Shown piece after piece: positions 59,201 through 64,000 of a stretch of DNA of 64,000 bases. The DNA lies in contig OZ024740.1 in NCBI GenBank assembly GCA_964016885.1, positions 407,278,001 through 407,342,000 on the forward strand. The letters are read 5' to 3'. The DNA comes from Eledone cirrhosa (lineage: Eukaryota). Numbering within the stretch: position 1 is the first letter of the stretch; every line of letters starts with the position of its first letter. The position numbers were made by a program, and so were the translations under genes. Under the pieces are notes generated by a model, which ran no database searches, was not told the origin of the DNA, and saw only the letters and a program-made list of their open reading frames with translations.

Positions 59201-60474
59201 GGCCCACTGACAAGACACTTCATAGCAATGTGGCCCACTGACAAGATGTTGAATAGCAATGTGGCCCACTGACAAGACACTACATAGCAATGTGGCCCAC
59301 TGACAAGATGTTGAATAGCAATGTGGCCCACTGACAAGACACTACAGAGCAATGTGGCCCACTGACAAGATGCTGAATAGCAATGTGGCCCACTGACAAG
59401 ACACTACATAGCAATGTGTCCCACTGACAAGACATTGAATAGCAATGTGGCCCACTGACAAGACACTACATAACAATGTGGCCCACTGACAAGACACTGA
59501 ATAGCAATGTGGCCCACTGACAAGACACTGAATAGCAATGTGTCTCACTGACAAGACACTACATAGCAATGTGGCCCACTGACAAGACACTGAATAGCAA
59601 TGTGGCCCACTGACAAGACACTGAATAGCAATGTGGCCCACTGACAAGACACTGAATAGCAATGTGGCCCACTAACAAGACACTACATAGCAATGTGGCT
59701 CACTGACAAGACACTGAATAGCAATGTGACACACTGACAAGACACTGAATAGCAATGTGTCCCACTAACAAGACACTGAATAGCAATGTGGCTCACTGAC
59801 AAGATACTACATAGCAACGTGGCCGAGAGACAAGACACTGAATAGCAATGTGGCCCACTGACAAGACACTGAATAGCAATGTGGCCCACTAACAAGACAC
59901 TACATAGCAATGTGGCTCACTGACAAGACACTGAATAGCAATGTGACAGACTGACAAGACACTGAATAGCAATGTGACAGACTGACAAGACACTGAATAG
60001 CAATGTGGTCCACTGACAAGACACTGAATATCAATGTGGCCCACTGACAAGACACTGAATAGCAATGTGGCCCACTGACAAGACACTGAATAGCAATGTG
60101 GCCCACTGACAAGTCACTACATAGCAATGTGGCCCACTGACAAGACACTGAATAGAAATGTGGCCCACTTACAAGACACTGAATAGCAATGTGGCCCACT
60201 AACAAAACACTACATAGCAATGTGGCCCACTGACAAGACACTACATAGCAATGTGGCCCACTGACAAGACACTACATAGCAATGTGGCCCACTGATAAGA
60301 CACTGAATAGCAATGTGGCCCACTGACAAGACACTGAATAGCAATGTGGCCCACTGACAACACACTACATAGCAATGTGGCCCACTGACAAGACACTACA
60401 TAGCAATGTGGCCCACTGATAAGACACTGAATAGCAATGTGGCCCACTGACAAGACACTGAATAGCAATGTGGC
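53210..60474 (+). repeat. Tandem duplication, 3626-bp unit (117 monomers, -1 bp): about 53210-56835 and 56836-60474
   Basis: ORF pairs 53421/57047, 55064/58690, 56057/59683 and 56615/60241 differ by 3626. Shared local variants are caatgcggcc (55321/58947), aatatcaatg (56401/60027) and gacaacacac (~56730/60356). Confidence 0.93.
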
Positions 60475-63400
60475 CCACTGACAAGACTCTGCATAGCAAT
60501 GTGGCCCACTGACAAAACACTACATAGCAATGTGGCCCACTGACAAGACTCTGCATAGCAATGTGGCCCACTGACAAGACACTACATAGCAATGTGGCCC
60601 ACTGACAAGATGTTGAATAGCAATGTGGCCCACTGACAAGACACTACATAGCAATGTGGCCCACTGACAAGATGCTGAATAGCAATGTGGTCCACTGACA
60701 AGACACTACATAGCAATGTGTCCCACTGACAAGACATTGAATAGCAATGTGGCCCACTGGCAAGACACTACATAACAATGTGGCCCACTGACAAGACACT
60801 GAATAGCAATGTGGCCCACTGACAAGACACTGAATAGCAATGTGTCTCACTGACAAGACACTACATAGCAATGTGGCCCACTGACAAGACACTGAATAGC
60901 AATGTGGCCCACTGACAAGACACTGAATAGCAATGTGGCCCACTGACAAGACACTGAATAGCAATGTGGCCCACTGACAAGATACTACATAGCAACGTGG
61001 CCGAAAGACAAGACACTGAATAGCAATGTGACAGACTGACAAGACACTGAATAGCAATGTGACAGACTGACAAGACACTGAATAGCAATGTGGCCCACTG
61101 ACAAGACACTGAATAGCAATGTGGCCCACTGACAAGACACTGAATAGCAATGTGGCCCACTGACAAGACACTGAATAGCAAAGTGGCTCACTGACAAGAT
61201 ACTACATAGCAACGTGGCCGAGAGACAAGACACTGAATAGCAATGTGGCCCACTGACAAGACGCTACATAGCAATGTGGCCCACTGACAAGACCCTACAT
61301 AGCAATGTGGCCCACTGACAAGACACTGAATAGCAATGTGACAGACTGACAAGACACTGAATAGCAATGTGGCCCACTGACAAGACACGACATAGCAATG
61401 TGGCTCACTGACAAGACACTGAATAGCAATGTGGCCCACTGACAAGACACTACATAGCAATGTGGCTCACTGACAAGACACTGAATAGCAATGTGACAGA
61501 CTGACAAGACACTGAATAGCAATGTGACAGACTGACAAGACACTGAATAGCAATGTGGCCCACTGACAAGACACTACATAGCAATGTGGCTCACTGACAA
61601 GACACTACATAGCAATGTGGCCCACTGACAAGACACTGAATAGCAATGTGGCCCACTGACAAGACACTACATAGCAATGTGGCCCACTGACAAGACACTG
61701 AATAGCAATGTGGCCCACTGACAAGACACTACATAGCAATGTGGCCCACTGACAAGACACAACATAGCAATGTGGCCCACTGACAAGACACTACATAGCA
61801 ATGTGGCCCACTGACAAGACACTGAATAGCAATGTGGCCCACTGACAAGACACTACATAGCAATGTGGCTCACTGACAAGACACTGAATAGCAATGTGGC
61901 CCACTGACAAGACACTACATAGCAATGTGGCTCACTGACAAGACACTTAATAGCAATGTGGCCCACTGACAAGACACTGAATAGCAATGTTGCCCACTGA
62001 CAAGACACTACATAGCAATGTGGCCCACTGACAAGACACTACATAGCAATGTGGCCCACTGACAAGACACTGAATAGCAATGTGGCCCACTGACAAGACA
62101 CTACATAGCAATGTGACAGACTGACAAGACACTGAATAGCAATGTGGCCCACTGACAAGACACTACATAGCAATGTGGCTCACTGACAAGACACTGAATA
62201 GCAATGTGACAGACTGACAAGACACTGAATAGCAATGTAGCCCACTGACAAGACACTGAATAGCAATGTGGCCCACTGACAAGACACTACATAGCAATGT
62301 GGCTCACTGACAAGACACTGAATAGCATTGTGGCTCACTGACAAGATACTACATAGCAATGTGGCCGAGAGACAAGACACTGAATAGCAATGTGGCCCAC
62401 TGACAAAACACTACATAGTAATGTGGCCCACTGACAAGACACTACATAGCAATGTGGCCCACTGACAAGACACTACATAGCAATATGGCCCACTGACAAG
62501 ACACTACATAGCAATGTGGCCCACTAACAAGACACTACATAGCAATGTGACCCACTGACAAGACACTGAATAGCAATGTGGGTTACTGACGAGACACTGA
62601 ATAGCAATGTGGCCCACTGACAAGACACTACCTAGCAATGTGGCCCACTGACAAGACACTACATAGCAATGTGTCCCACTGACAAGACATTGAATAGCAA
62701 TGTGGCCCACTGACAAGACACTACATAACAATGTGGCCCACTGACAAGACACTGAATAGCAATGTGGCCCACTGACAAGACACTGAATAGCAATGTGTCT
62801 CACTGACAAGACACTACATAGCAATGTGGCCCACTGACAAGACACTGAATAGCAATGTGGCCCACTGACAAGACACTGAATAGCAATGTGGCCCACTGAC
62901 AAGACACTGAATAGCAATGTGGCCCACTAACAAGACACTACATAGCAATGTGGATCACTGACAAGACACTGAATAGCAATGTGACACACTGACAAGACAC
63001 TGAATAGCAATGTGTCCCACTGACAAGACACTGAATAGCTATGTGGCTCACTGACAAGATACTACATAGCAACGTGGCCGAGAGACAAGACACTGAATAG
63101 CAATGTGACAGACTGACAAGACACTGAATAGCAATGTGACAGACTGACAAGACACTGAATAGCAATGTGGCCCACTGACAAGACACTGAATAGCAATGTG
63201 GCCCACGGACAAGACACTGAATAGCAATGTGGCCCACTGACAAGACACTGAATAGCAATGTGGCTCACTGACAAGATACTACACAGCAATTTGGCCGAGA
63301 GACAAGACACTGAATAGCAATGTGACAGACTGACAAGACACTGAATAGCAATGTGACAGACTGACAAGACACTGAATAGCAATGTGGCCCACTGACAAGA

Positions 63401-64000
63401 CCCTACATAGCAATGTGGCCCACTAACAAGACACTGAATAGGAATGTGAGAGACTGACAAGACACTGAATAGCAATGTGGCCCACTGACAAGACACGACA
63501 TAGCAATGTGGATCACTGCCAAGACACTGAATAGCAATGTGACAGACTGACAAAACACTGAATAGCAATGTGGCCCACTGACAAGACACTACATAGCAAT
63601 GTGGCTCACTGACAAGACACTACATAGCAATGTGGCCCACTGACAAGACACTACATAGCAATGTGGCCCACTGACAAGACACTGAATAGCAATGTGGGCC
63701 ACTGACAAGACACTACATAGCAATGTGGCTCACTGACAAGACACTGAATAGCAATGTGACAGACTGACAAGACACTGAATAGCAATGTGGCCCACTGACA
63801 AGACACTGAATAGCAATGTGGCCCACTGACAAGACACTGAATAGCAATGTGGCCCACTGACAAGTCACTACATAGCAATGTGGCCCACTGACAAGACACT
63901 GAATAGCAATGTGGCCCACTTACAAGACACTGAATAGCAATGTGGCCCACTGACAAAACACTACATAGCAATGTGGCCCATTGACAAGACACTACATAGC

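Larger units (their letters stand above)
1..64000 (+). repeat. Tandem satellite array, 31-bp monomer ACTGACAAGACACT[GA/AC]ATAGCAATGTGGCCC, about 2,065 copies, single orientation, runs off both window edges
   Basis: The monomer is readable on every line. The first full monomer starts at 29 and the last at 63980. The difference, 63951, equals 2063x31 - 2, which matches the net length of the indel monomers I counted (+11, -18, +8, -3). Confidence 0.99.

Noticed and set aside
72-63992. Hundreds of minus-strand ORFs encoding Cys/Ser/Val/Leu-rich peptides (SCQWATLLFSVLSVGHIAIQCLVSGPHCYSV)n, up to 220 aa at 58690-59352
   Set aside because: They are an artefact of the repeat. Three 31-bp monomers give a 31-codon period, and the reverse complement of the GA monomer has no stop codon. 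ORFs overlap in all three frames with the same peptide and end wherever an AC (TAG), gctca (TGA) or similar allele falls in frame. There is no sign of frame preservation.
1-64000. CRISPR array (repeat length is in the CRISPR range)
   Set aside because: Monomers abut directly with no unique spacers. The variable part is only 2 bp, and there is no leader or cas gene.
1-64000. Coding tandem array with hypervariable residues (TALE-like, zinc-finger or antigenic-variation cassettes)
   Set aside because: The unit length is not a multiple of 3, the plus strand has TGA and TAG in nearly every monomer, and the minus strand is frequently interrupted. Cys and His spacing does not fit a C2H2 finger.
1-64000. 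Telomerase-synthesised long telomeric repeat
   Set aside because: Variant patterns are inherited in multi-kb duplicated blocks, which points to recombination or replication rather than templated addition of one unit. There is no G-rich strand bias or visible chromosome end. A subtelomeric location is not excluded.
1-64000. Hidden insertion, inversion, transposon, or RNA gene within the array
   Set aside because: I found no non-repeat stretch or reverse-orientation monomer while reading through. The monomer phase from start to end is accounted for by the listed 1-2 bp indels.
1-64000. Hairpin, G-quadruplex or iteron-type function of the monomer
   Set aside because: Only trivial palindromes such as GGCC are present, with at most one GGG run per 31 bp on the minus strand. 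There is no rep gene or AT-rich origin.

Overview
The whole 64-kb window is one uninterrupted head-to-tail tandem array of a 31-bp monomer, about 2,065 copies, with consensus ACTGACAAGACACT[GA/AC]ATAGCAATGTGGCCC (about 48% GC, no CpG). I see no unique sequence, gene, RNA gene, transposon, inversion or CRISPR spacer. All listed ORFs are minus-strand read-throughs of the repeat and give the same 31-aa periodic peptide, so they are not credible genes. The array looks like eukaryotic satellite DNA, but I cannot name the family or organism. It is structured at several scales. The monomer has an 11+10+10 bp sub-periodicity and a coupled GA/AC dimorphism, and some variant monomers travel as linked cassettes. 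There is no fixed higher-order repeat; instead there is a chain of recent near-identical in-register duplications, each with its own period (1769 to 5673 bp). Two haplotype domains alternate A-B-A-B over about 28-34 kb, and the last kilobase is more diverged. I found no evidence of a novel coding system. Offsets were read from the ORF track and from rare variants by eye, so block boundaries are approximate.
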